From contig NC_043011.1 in the NCBI RefSeq assembly GCF_006345805.1, positions 32,934,464-32,998,463 on the forward strand: 64,000 bases of DNA, given 5' to 3'. The notes under the pieces are model-generated. The model worked only from the letters and a program-made list of their open reading frames with translations, ran no database searches and was not told where the DNA came from. Source of the DNA: Octopus sinensis (Eukaryota). The translations under genes and the position numbers were made by a program. Shown in pieces: positions 11,536 through 23,137 of this stretch. The first letter of the stretch is position 1; each line of letters starts with the position of its first letter.

Positions 11536-12929
11536 ATGATGTGATTGTGTATTTGAGCTTTTTATAGCCAGCCTTGATATCCAGTTGCTTTAGTAAAGAT
11601 GCAATGTTTATTTCCATTAACGCAGCATATAAAAGCTCTTGTATCTGATTTCTTTTAGAAAAAAGAAAAAACATTCAAGTCTTTCACATTCCGGACAGCA
11701 AAAAAGAAAAGCTCATCATTTTTAGCTTTTATATTAAAATCTGCTTTCAAAGCAAGCTGAAATGAAACCTCGGTTGGCATATTTCACAATAAATTGATTA
11801 AATTGATTCCATGTGACACTCTAAGTTCCATTCCCCAATTTGCAATAATATTGATATTCATAAAATTACGAGGTATACTAAGGAGAGAAAATTGATTTAA
11901 TGTAACACTCCAAAACCTTATATTTCCACATGGGAGAGTGTGGATATTCATAAAATGCCTAGATATACCAAGGAGAAAAAGGAAAAACTTTATTTGATCA
12001 ACAAAATTTATACGGTGTAAAACGAAAAGAAAAACACACTGTTGGTGTGTTTGCTGCATGTTATAAGTTTTTTACCATGATGTATTTACTGCAACTATAT
12101 TTTTGATTGTTTTCCATGGTTCCTCATCAGACTAAACAATGTTTGTATGTTTATAATGGTTTGAACATTGTCTAGAAGTAAATGGATTTATAGAACCATG
12201 GCATGGCTGTGTGTTTAAGAAGTTACAAATATATGGTAAAAAGTATTCAGTGCCAGGTAAGAAAGATTCTGTGGTGCCATGTTAAAAGTACCCAACACAC
12301 ACTGTAAGGTGGTTGGTGTTAGGAGGGGGCAACCAGCTGTAGAAACCAAGTCAAATCAGACTGGATCCTGGTGTAGCTCTCCAGCTTGCCAGCTCCAATC
12401 AAACTCTCCAGCATGGAAAATAAATATTAAATGGAAAATAAATGTTAAAGGATGATGATATATATATTAATTGCTGATAGGGATGTGTTTAATATGTAAA
12501 TTGGTTACACAACTAAATTTCCGGCTATTTAAGCAATGTGTTTGTGCATGAGTAATGGGTTAAATGTGGCATTGAAGAAGGGGGAAAAAACCCCGAAATA
12601 TGTATGTACACCCATTACCTATTTTTCTATCTTCAGAGTCACATTGTTTACATAGATGTGCTCAGATATGAAAGATCATAACTTTCAGCGCTGGCTCTAA
12701 TTTCAATGGAAAATCTGTTGAGATAACTTTAAAAAGTTATGATATGTTACATATGTGTTTGTGCTTGTGAGTGTCTTTGTGTCTGTCCACAGACTGCCTG
12801 ACAACCTGTGCTGGTTCATTTACGTCCCTGTTACTGATAGACTAAGTACAAGACTTGAAAGAGAGAATAAGTACTGTAGTTGATTTGTTTGTCTTAAATC
12901 TTGAAAGCAGTGCCCCACAATGGCCACAG

Positions 12930-13005
12930 TCAACAAAATCAAAAAGAATGTGCATGTGCAATATTAATAATATAGAATGGTGACAATTTACCCATCACAC
13001 CCTGT
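12930..13005 (-). mobile_element. Solo terminal fragment of the maT element family
   Basis: ACAATTTACCCATCACACCCTG followed by TA; matches the terminus at 17987-18008. Confidence 0.65.
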
Positions 13006-13027
13006 ATATATACATATACATACATAT

Positions 13028-13341
13028 ATCACCGTGATCACCATGATCGACCAGGCTATCAGATGTTGCTACACATCGCTGGTCAAAATGCACTTCGCAT
13101 TGTTTTAGCCTTCAAATGACACCACCCCGGTGGCTAAGCGAGCAGGCCTACAGAAGAAAGAGTGAGAGAAAGTTGTGGTGAAAGAGTACAGCAGGGATCA
13201 CCACCCCCTGCTGGAGTCTTCATGGAGCATTTAGGTGTTTTCGCTCAATAAACACTCACAATGCCCGGTCTGAGAATCGAAACCGCGATCCTACAACCGC
13301 GAGTCCACTGCCCTAACCACTGGGCCATTGTGCCTCCACAC
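13028..13341 (-). mobile_element. tRNA-derived SINE (family E)
   Basis: Minus-strand head GTGGAGGCACAATGGCCCAGTGGTTAGGGC...GGTTTCGATTCTC with A/B-box-like motifs; short repeated tail (GATCACGGT-like). Confidence 0.75.
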
Positions 13342-13386
13342 ATACATACATATATATAAAAAATCTTGCACAACAAATATTTAAAC

Positions 13387-13464
<78 letters not shown>

Positions 13465-14113
13465 TTACATATGCTGGACTTCATTCAGTTTCCATCAATC
13501 AAATCCACCAAAGTCTTTGGTTAGCCTGGGGTAATAGGAAAAGACATTTGCCCAAGGTGCCAAGCAGTAAGACTGAACCTGAAACCATGTGGTTAAGAAG
13601 CAAATTTCTCAGCAACATGGTCAATGTCTGTTCCTTAGATATATAAAAGTCTATAAGATATGTATTAAAAAAATGATAGAATGGTTACAATGGAAGCATT
13701 TTTTATATTTTGGGGCCGACCTACTGGGAGAGAAACAACAGTAATATAATTGACAAAGAGATTGTCCTTTATGTTAAACTGAATATTATTACAGATAGAA
13801 TGGAGCCTCCCTGTCGTCTGCTCTTCTCTGCATTGTAAATTACTTGAGCTTCATTGTCTCACATTAAAATGTACTGTTACAAGAGGTTGTTGCTGTCTAC
13901 ATAAGAGAATCTATGACAATGATTATGATCTACGACAGAGATGTCGCCATCACAGAAGGCATAAGTTTGGCTGTGATGGCTAAAACAAACTTAAATAATG
14001 CTAAAGAATAAAAGAGGTACACATATCATAAAGAAATGCACACATGCACATGTGCACATGAGCACACACACGCACACACACACACCTTCTGCTCGAAGGA
14101 TTTTGCCAATGTA

Positions 14114-14679
14114 TTGGGTTGTCCGGAAAGTTCATGCCGATTTTTAAAGGAAAGAAAAAGGTCAATAAATACTTGCCATTACATTTTTAATCAACCAAAT
14201 ATAAACCATTTTGTTACACCATGCATCTCTATCTTTCCTTTAACTTGAAAATACCCTCTTTCAAGAATTGAGATGGTTTCATGGCAAAGAATTCATCAAG
14301 GTATCTTTTTACGTCATCCAATGAATTGAAATTTTTACCATTAAAACTATTCTGCAGAGACCTGAATAAGTGTAAATCCGAAGGAGCAATATCTGGTGAA
14401 CATGGAGGGTGGGGTAACACATCCCAGCCGAGCTGCAGCAATTTTTGTCTGGTTCCCAAAGCAACAAGTGCTGGAAATGAACTTTCTTATTTTCCATTTT
14501 AAAGGGTTACAGAATTAACACAGGTTATAGGAACATAAACCTTCTTCCACGGAAAGATAGCTTAAACTGTGCTCTAAATGGAGGTGTAATCAAATCCTAT
14601 TTCATGGACTCAACCATGTTCTAAAATAAGTCGAAAGGTAAGCTACTATAAATCGGCATGAACTTTCCGGACAACCCAA
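14114..14679 (-). mobile_element. Internally deleted mariner element with perfect 30-bp TIRs and TA TSD
   Basis: TTGGGTTGTCCGGAAAGTTCATGCCGATTT at 14114-14143, exact reverse complement at 14650-14679, TA on both sides; retains HPPCSPDIAPSDLHLF. Confidence 0.95.
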
Positions 14680-15083
14680 TAGCATTAGTTTTGGCAGGAA
14701 AACATAAAGTTGGCTACTATTTTAATGCACTTTGTACATCTTGTGGCCAAATATGCCTGTCTGAGACTGGGCTTAAATCTCACATAGGAACACACAATAG
14801 GCATTTCCTATTGATTGCAGAACACACCTATCACTTTACCCTTATCGATGTGACATATGCCACAGGATCTACAAATCTCAAGGAGCTCTAAAGAAACCTT
14901 TAAAGATTCATCAAGATCAGACACTACAGGCAGTTCAAGGTGCACCAAAACTAGTGTACAGTTTATGTAGACATTCTTAAAAAAGTATGTCTCATCAAAA
15001 AAGCCATATAAAATTTTACATATATATTAAATATATATGTATATGCATATATCTTATATAAATATTATATATATATGTATATA

Positions 15084-15790
15084 TTGAGTCATCCCATAAA
15101 TAATATGGTCTTTAATACTTCTTTTATTTTTCAAAATTAAGATAAACAAAGTCCTTTTTTAATCTAAAATATACTCTCCTTCATTTTCTACAATGCTCTT
15201 CTATCTATCTGGTAGTCTTGCAAGGCCCCTCTTCCAAAATTCACTTGTCCAGAAAAATATTCCTCCAGTATTGTTCTGCCCTTGTCTACAGAATTCATAT
15301 TTTTTCTATTCTTATCATTTTGAAGACTGTGGAATAAATGACAATCAGATGGGGCATTGTCTGATAAATAAGATGGGTGGGATATCATTTCCCCTTCAAA
15401 TTGCTCCAGCCTCTGGAATGTCATCCTCACTGTATGTGGCCGAGCATTATCCTGATGGAAGAACACCTTTTGTTTTGAAAGTAAAGATGGTCACTTTTCT
15501 TCTGGCACTGACTTAAACTGCTCAAACTGCTCACAGTAGATCTTCTTTGTTATCGTTTGGTTTGGGCTTAAAAGTTCAAAGTGGACTAAACCTTTCATAT
15601 CCTACCAAACAGATAACCACATCTTATGTGGTTGAAGACCTTCAGCCTGGGATGCTACCTATTGTCACCAATCACTATTTGGTCCAAAAATGGTTCCTTC
15701 ATGAGACATGACTGCAAAGAAGAGCATACATTCACTCTCTACACATGATTAAACTCAGAAAATTTGTGAGGAACCCATTGATTCAATTTG
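15084..15790 (-). mobile_element. Degenerate mariner transposase (DD34D)
   Basis: FFHQDNARPH...YLSDNAPSDCHLF with 34 residues between the Asp residues; in-frame stops upstream. Confidence 0.85.
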
Positions 15791-16039
15791 CTGACTTTTC
15801 TCTCTCCTTCTCTTGCACTTCCCTCACGTTGGGTAACCATGTATTTGCTTTACAGCAGTACACCTGTTTCTGTCTTCATTCCTGACCTCTCTCTCCAGCC
15901 AGGTAACCTTGTACCTTGTCTACAGTAAGATGCCTGTTTCTGTCCTTCTGTCTCACAATAATTTTTCATCATCTGACACAAGATCACCTCCTCAAATGCC
16001 CCCTCCCCTCTCAAAGGAGTTTTTTTTTTATCTTGCATG

Positions 16040-16320
16040 TACTTGGTGACCCTGTCAGTGCAGGTGCTACTTAAAAGCACCCAGTCCACACTGTAAAGTA
16101 AAAACTGACCTCATCTGTGCTTGTGTCATGTAAAAAGCACTAAGTTCACTCTGCTGAGTGGTTGATGTTAGAAAGGGCATCCAGCCGTGAAAATCTTGCC
16201 AAAACAGTTACAGAAGTCTGGTGTAAGCTTCTGTCTGGCTGACTCTTGTCAAACCATCTCACCCATGCCAGCATGGAAGGCAGATGTTAAATGATGACGA
16301 CAATGATGATGATGATAATG
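16040..16320 (+). mobile_element. Older RTE 3'-tail fragment (family B variant)
   Basis: AAAAGCAC...GGGCATCCAGC...GTTAAATGATGA signature. Confidence 0.75.
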
Positions 16321-16473
16321 ATGGCGATGATGATGATGATACATATATATATGTATATGAATATATAAAAAGGAATTAAAGGTAAAGGTATGCTATTTCA
16401 TAATAATCCTTATTATTATTATTATTATTATTGATATTTACATACATACACACACATTTATATATAATATATA

Positions 16474-16986
16474 CTAGCAGTATCGCCCGGCGTTGCTCGG
16501 GTTTGTAAGGGAAATAACTATATAAGCATTTTTAGAGAGTTACTTCCCTTATAGATGCCAATTCGGGCTTTCTTAGCCATTTCTGTTTTGGTGTCTTCAA
16601 GCCATGAAGTCGTTGTTCTAAAAGAACGCTGGTCTCTTTGACAACGCTTTACGATGTTGATTTCCTTACACTCCCTTCCCCACAGCTTCACGAGGGAGGG
16701 AAGAAGGGGGAGAAGCAAACAGGTGCAGGTGTGACCATGGATGCCAACTCCGCCGCCATCGACACACGAAAAATTATGCATTAAAATGGAATAAAAAATG
16801 ATGTTAAATTATTTTTAAAATCGTACACTCTTCGTAGACGCGCGCTAATACTCAGACGGGCTCGATATGAATCACGACTATAAGATACCCGAATTTGGTT
16901 AAACTGCACCACAAAATGTGGGAGTAGTTAGGAATCTAAATCGAAGGGGACAGACACTCACACAACTACAGTTTTATATATATAGA
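16474..16986 (-). mobile_element. Non-autonomous Helitron-like element
   Basis: Minus strand starts A|TCTATATATATAAAAC and ends with hairpin CCCGAGCAACGCCGGG about 8 nt before CTAG|T; inserted between A and T with no TSD. Confidence 0.8.
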
Positions 16987-17129
16987 TATATATATATATA
17001 TATATTATATGTAGAAAAATACTACGGGACAAGAACGTAAAACATTTAGAAGATGATACAAAAAACACGAACGGGACATTCGAAGCCTTCAATCTTCAGT
17101 CAAGAACCGGATCATCCTAGCAATTTCGG

Positions 17130-18008
17130 CTGGTGCTGTGAATAAACTGTCGTCTAAATTACGCAAAAATGAAAATAACACTGAAATCTCATTTTAACAG
17201 AAATATTTACCAAAATTTCAAAAAAATATCTTGAAATGCTAAAGAGTAAATTTATTGAATAAAATCACCATTGGCTTCAGCTACAGCCTTCAGATGACTA
17301 CAGAATCTCCTGCAACTCTTCTGGACAGTTGCCTTGTTTAAGTTAGTGAATGCTGCTATTATCTTTGCCTTCAGTTCATCTTTGGTGTTACAGAGAGTTT
17401 TGTTGGTCTCTTGCACAACTGTGCCCCACACATAATAATCAAGGGTGTTGTAGTGTGGGGAGTTAGGTGGCCAGATGTTAGTGATGATGTGGTCGCAGAA
17501 ATTGTCTGACAGCTATGACTGGGTTCTCTTGCTTGTGTGGCATGGTGCAGAGTCCTGTTGCCTGACATAGTGTCTTCCAGCAGCCACTCTCTTGACCCAG
17601 AGCAGCACTACCTCCTCCAGGCACTTGATGTAGGTTTCCATGTTGAGTCTGAGGTCGTGTGGAAAGATAGAGGCATAACATTGCCATCATTAGTGATCAC
17701 TCCAAACATCATGATGTTGACTGGATGTTTGATGTTTATCACTCTTGGTACATGTCCTCAGATTGCACTGTCTTCAGATTAACACCCAAATACTCTGAAA
17801 TGTCCATTTTGGAGCTTCTGGTGTAAATGCCAAGCACTACAGCATGTCATTTCCAAATTTCTGGCAGAGTGAATTGCATCATGGTGCCGTTTTTCTCACA
17901 GACGATGCCCAACTGATTCTACTATACTGTGTAGTTGACAAAATAAAAAAAATGTGCATGTGTGAAATTAAAAATATAAAATAGAAACAATTTACCCATC
18001 ATACCCTG
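17130..18008 (-). mobile_element. maT-family (DD37D) Tc1/mariner relic
   Basis: Hand translation QQDSAPCH...WPPNSPHYNTLDYYVWG has 37 residues between the Asp residues; terminus CAGGGTATGATGGGTAAATTGT at 17987-18008. Confidence 0.85.
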
Positions 18009-18054
18009 ATGAGTATATATTTATATATATACATAGGATAATGGGTAAAGATCC

Positions 18055-18360
18055 CTTTCAGTCATGAATGACTATGGGATTGCACCTAGAAAGTTCCCTC
18101 ACTAGGCACAATCATCTGGGCAAGATTGTTTTTGGAAGACGAGAAGTCATCCATGCATACCAGCCTTCTCTCTCCATGCCATCGTTATTATCCAAGGGAA
18201 AGGCAAAGGCCAATGCAGCTTGGCACCAGTGACATTGCAATTCATTTCTACAGCTGAGTGAACTGGAGCAACGTAATATAAAGTGTCTTGCTCAAGAACA
18301 CAACACACAGTCTGGTCCAGGGATCAAACTCACTACCTCATGATTGCAAGCCTGATGCTA
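18055..18360 (-). mobile_element. CORE-like tRNA SINE (family F)
   Basis: TGTTCTTGAGCAAGACACTT...TTGCTCCAGTTCACTCAGCTG; homologous to 29786-30025. Confidence 0.75.
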
Positions 18361-18383
18361 TTCTATCATCATCATCATCATCA

Positions 18384-18415
<32 letters not shown>

Positions 18416-18866
18416 GTGGTGGTTAAATCTGGGCATCATGCAAACGGAAACAGTTGTAAGTTGAGATTCTTTTTGTAATTAATTAATAAATGATAATTGA
18501 TGTAAATCAATTGTTGTTCATCAATTGTATCTCCATTTTCTGCTTTCCTTGAATATTGATAAACTTTAATATATTTTTGTCATTACCTATCATTTATGAG
18601 CATTAATACCAATACTCATGGTTAAATACAGGTAATACACCAGTGGATTCATTGGATACCAATATCCCTTAGACAGTTGTTATAACCTCTAACTTAACTC
18701 ACCTATATTATGTACATATATATATATATTAGGAAGGGCATCCAGCTGTAGAAACTCTGCCAGATCAAGACTGGAGCCTGGTGCAGCCATCTGGTTTGCC
18801 AGCCCACAGTCAAACCGTCCAACCCATGGAAAGTGGACGTTAAACAATGATGATGATGATATATAT

Positions 18867-19259
18867 ATATATTAGAAGAAATGAGGTACTCAGAAATTCG
18901 GATGATTTTATATTTACAGATATTTATTTGTATATTACATGTTTTTATACATTATATAACTTATATGATATATTAGCGCTCTCGTCCATTCTGGTGGAGT
19001 TTTCAAATTGAACTAAGTTCTTGTGGAAAAATTTTGACCATTTTATAGTGTTATTGAGTGTGTAGTGGTGGGGAGGGATATAAGATATCTTATATAAGCG
19101 CTAATATATGACACCGATTGGTCAAACTTTTCGTTTGAACAGTCGGAAACGTGTAACTCAGATATAAGTTATATGATGTATAAAAACATGTAATATACAA
19201 ATAAATATTGTAAATATAAAACCATCCAAATTTCTGAGTACCCCATTTCTTCTAATATA
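18867..19259. repeat. Fold-back inverted repeat (~95-bp arms) containing a half-hammerhead-like hairpin
   Basis: 18867-18966 is the reverse complement of 19162-19259 (few mismatches); inner pair ATATATTAGCGCT/AGCGCTAATATAT. Confidence 0.85.
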
Positions 19260-19339
19260 AAATACCTGTACATCATCTCCAAACCTTCTAATATATATAT
19301 ATATATATTCTTTTATTATCGATCAACATGAATGGAAAT

Positions 19340-19737
19340 TGTAGCTGTGATACCAGTGCTGGTGGCACATAAGAGAACCATCCGAACGTGGCCATTGCCA
19401 GTGCCGCCCTGACTGGCTTCCGTGCCGGTGGGATGTAAAAAGCACCATCCGATTGTGGCCGTTTGCCAGCCCCGCCTGGCCTCCGTGCCGGTGGCACGTA
19501 AAAAGCACCATCCGACCATGGCCGTTTGCCAGCCTCATCTGGCACCTGTGCCGGTGGCACGTAAAAAGCACCCACTACACTCATGGAGTGGTTGGCGTTA
19601 GGAAGGGCATCCAGCCGTAGAAACACTGCCAGATCAGATTGGGCCTGGTGCAGCCTTCTGGTTTCCCAGACTTCAGTTGCACCGTCCAACCCATGCCAGC
19701 ATGAAAAGCGGACGCTAAACGATGATGATGATGATGT
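19340..19737 (+). mobile_element. Young stand-alone RTE 3' tail with tandem hairpin modules
   Basis: Repeated GTGCCGGTGGCAC...AAAAAGCACC modules, CpG retained, (GAT)n tail. Confidence 0.9.
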
Positions 19738-19837
19738 TTCAGCCCTAATGCTGCTACATATATATAATATGTATAAAATATATGTTATATCATCATCATC
19801 CTTTTGCCATAATCTAAGCTGTCCTCATGAAGCTCAC

Positions 19838-19922
19838 CTGCAAATTTCAGTTCTCCACAGTAATATTTGTTGATGTTATGATCCATATGAGATGAGAACA
19901 TACGAGAGGATAGAGTTAAATA
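19838..19922 (-). CDS. Candidate internal exon of an unidentified minus-strand gene (YLTLSSRMFSSHMDHNINKYYCGELKFA)
   Basis: Acceptor ATATTTTCCAG, donor CAG|GTGAGC, single open frame; no recognisable homology. Confidence 0.25.
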
Positions 19923-20378
19923 CTGGAAAATATTTATTACAGAGTAATTACATGTTGAAATAGAAAACTGGAAAATGTTGGTATTATTCATTTCATATCA
20001 TAGAGGTTTCTTTACCATTAAAGAAGTTACATAGTTATACATACATAAAAACATATTACATAGGTGTGACATAGGTATACATACAGAAAAACATGTAAGA
20101 AATTTAATAATTCATCTTAATTCTATAAGTGATGAATTGCTTATAGGAAATTTCTCCCATGTCTTTCTACATGTATATCTATCTAAATCCAATTGGCAAT
20201 GAAACATATGTAATATGGAATAAATAGCAAAATTTTTCCAGTTTTCTGCTTTAATATATAATTTTTTTGTAAATAATAGAAGATGAAGTGTCGGACGGAT
20301 GTTTGGAGAATTCATCCTGGACATAAAATTTTGGCAACTGAACCCACGACATGGATAATAAGGACTTATGTGTAACTT

Positions 20379-20775
20379 AGATGCAGGAGTGGCAAGTAGC
20401 TTGTTTACCAACCACATGGTTCCGGGTTCAGTCCCACTGCGTGGCACCTTGGGTAAGTGTCTTCTACTATAGCCTCGGGCCGACCAAAGCCTTGTGAGTG
20501 GATTTGGTAGACGGAAACTGAAAGAAGCCTGTCGTATATATGTATATATATATATATGTGTGTATGTTTGTGTGTCTGTGTTTGTCCCCCTAGCATTGCT
20601 TGACAACCGATGTTGGTGTGTTTACGTCCCCGTTACTTAGCGGTTCGGCAAAAGAGACCGATAGAATAAGTACTGGGCTTACAAAGAATAAATCCCGGGG
20701 TCGAGTTGCTCGACTAAAGGTGGTGCTCCAGCATGGCCGCAGTCAAATGACTGAAACAAGTAAAAGAGTAAAGAG
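20379..20775 (+). mobile_element. SINE family A, near full length, young
   Basis: Head through tail; CpG-rich. Confidence 0.9.
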
Positions 20776-20799
20776 AACCAAAAGAATTAAAAGCCGAAC

Positions 20800-21720
20800 T
20801 GTCAAATGAAGATAACATGGTAGTCACGAACGATAACTCTTGTAGATTTTTGAAGGCAAAGCATGCCGGATGAGACAAATTGCGCATGCTCGTTAAAAAG
20901 AATGAAGCTGTACATTTTAAATAGGTTCAGGCAGGAACTATCACCTAACAATAGTAGTTGCTGTATTAATATATATTTTTTATTTTATTAACTAGTAAAT
21001 AGTGTTGGTACGGTTTTAGTGACTTAAAAAGTGATTTCTTTTTCTCTTCCTTTTTTTCTTCATCTAGACTTTTAGTAGGTGATATAAGAACAATTTATAT
21101 AAGTATTCAGTTTTTTTTTTTTATTGTTAGACCTATAGGATTTAGTTTACAGGGGAGTTGTGAGTCAATAGTGTGTAACTTGTGTGAGAAAAAGATCAGC
21201 CCAGCGTCTAAAATTACATACATATACATAGGAATTACACAGAAACAGACATAAAGGCTTTAAACATTCTCACGCAGACACGGACAGGGACGCTTAAACA
21301 CTTCCTTAAACATCACCGCAGACGCTTAAACACTTCAAAGGTTTTGACAAGGAACGCTTAAACACATTGCGTATATATATATATATGTACACTGCACATG
21401 CTTACACAGACGCTTAAACGCATACACATACAGAGAAACGTCTAGGCACTCATACACACGCACATTTCATAAACGCATTGCAAACAGACGCGTTTAGATA
21501 AACACATACACACACGCTACTACATGCTTACTATATTTATATAATGTGTATATGTAGTACGTTTCTGTATCTCTATGCACAAATATAGTAAGCTACTATA
21601 GGCGGCTGAAATTATTCCAAAATGGATTATTTTCGATAAGACTTAATGACATTTGTCAGCTGATGAAAGCTGCCAGAAACTGTGAACTAGGACATTCACT
21701 TTCCCTGTCTTCCTAACCGA
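20800..21720. promoter_or_regulatory. Promoter-like region upstream of the candidate first exon
   Basis: Unique sequence with retained CpGs, NRF1-like TGCGCATGCTC at 20881-20891, ACGCTTAAAC cluster at 21290-21419; position relative to the 21722 exon. Confidence 0.35.
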
Positions 21721-21721
21721 G

Positions 21722-21848
21722 ATGTTGGATCAAACTGGAAGTCTATGGAACAGCTCTATGTTAAAGCTTTTCACTTTCATTCTGTTGCTGCAGCAGTTTC
21801 TCTGCTGGAATGACTGTTTTGTGTTTACTTCAGCACCGTCATCTACAG
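21722..21848 (+). CDS. Candidate first coding exon encoding a signal-peptide-like N-terminus (MLDQTGSLWNSSMLKLFTFILLLQQFLCWNDCFVFTSAPSST)
   Basis: ATG at 21722 (in-frame ATG at 21758), 42 open codons with a hydrophobic core, strong donor ACAG|GTGAGT (phase 1). Confidence 0.5.
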
Positions 21849-21937
21849 GTGAGTAAGACACCCATTACATACATACATACACACGCACACACATATAAAA
21901 CCCACATCATGCTACACTTTTCCCTTGTAATAATGTA

Positions 21938-22022
<85 letters not shown>

Positions 22023-22592
22023 ATAACAAACCTTTTTCTTTACAGTGTTTTTCTTTAAACTAAATAATATTCTTTGACTCGTTAATTTTTTTCTCGATCA
22101 AGATCTACCGAAACATTCACATGCAGACATAAAATAAAACTGGCACGCCCATGTTCTTTTAAATGTAATTTGTAATCAAAGCCAAAATTAAACTAATTAA
22201 ATATCCCTCCGTTTTTTCCAATCATACACCATAACCCTGAAGTGATAGAAAAAAACAAAACCCCTTCTAATTTTGATAGAATTAAAACCCCCGTAACAAA
22301 ATGGAGATGGTTGTTCCTAGATCAGTCTCCATTGTTACCATAACATGTTATGCTATATGTTACAAACAGTTTATATATATATATATGTATGTGTGTGTAT
22401 GTATATGTATGATTGTGTGTGTATGTATGATTGTGTGTGTGTGTGTGTATGTATATGTATGATTGTGTGTGTGTGTATTTTCTCTTTCTCTAAATCATGT
22501 TAAACACGTACTAATGTGTCCTTTATGTATCGTTATGCGCGATATATAATATATATATGTGTATGTATGTATTTGTGCATTATGTGTGTGTT

Positions 22593-22629
<37 letters not shown>

Positions 22630-22676
22630 AAAAGCTGAATTTTTCATGATTCATTTAAGCATTTAATTCTTGGTTT

Positions 22677-22752
22677 CATGACACCGATTGGTCAAACTTT
22701 TCGTTTGAGCAGTCGGAAACATGTAACTCAGAGTTAGGTTATAAGAATATAT

Positions 22753-22787
<35 letters not shown>

Positions 22788-22810
22788 CACACACCATTTT
22801 CTGAGTACTT
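22677..22810 (+). repeat. Second copy of the ATGACACCGATTGGTCAAAC...GGAAAC family
   Basis: Near-identical to 19108-19165 and shares the downstream TTTCTGAGTAC. Confidence 0.8.
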
Positions 22811-23106
22811 CCCTTTGCTTGTATTTTGTAAACAAAAATTAAAATTTTCAATCTTTCTCTTTCTCATCATATACATACACCCATATATATATATATATAT
22901 CACTCTGTTTATATATATATATATATACATTATTTACACACGCACGTGTGTGTGTGTGTATGTATATATATATATTCATTCTTTACCGAAACAAAAAAAT
23001 TTGAAAACTATAACGATTCATTGTATCGTTATCTGTGCAATTTCTATTGAGTGCTCTTTAGATTTTCGGCATCCTTAATCTTTGATGCAATAGTTTTCCC
23101 ATCTCT

Positions 23107-23137
<31 letters not shown>

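Noticed and set aside
12620-12740. Exon candidates on both strands
   Set aside because: All frames hit stops between the obvious splice sites, and there is no homology.
17040-17123. CTGAAGA...GAAT motif (also at ~59780) as a hammerhead
   Set aside because: No GAAA after stem II and no stem I or stem III pairing found.
20100-20345. Unique part of the 164-aa minus ORF
   Set aside because: The ORF start is SINE sequence; the remainder has no splice support or recognisable domain.
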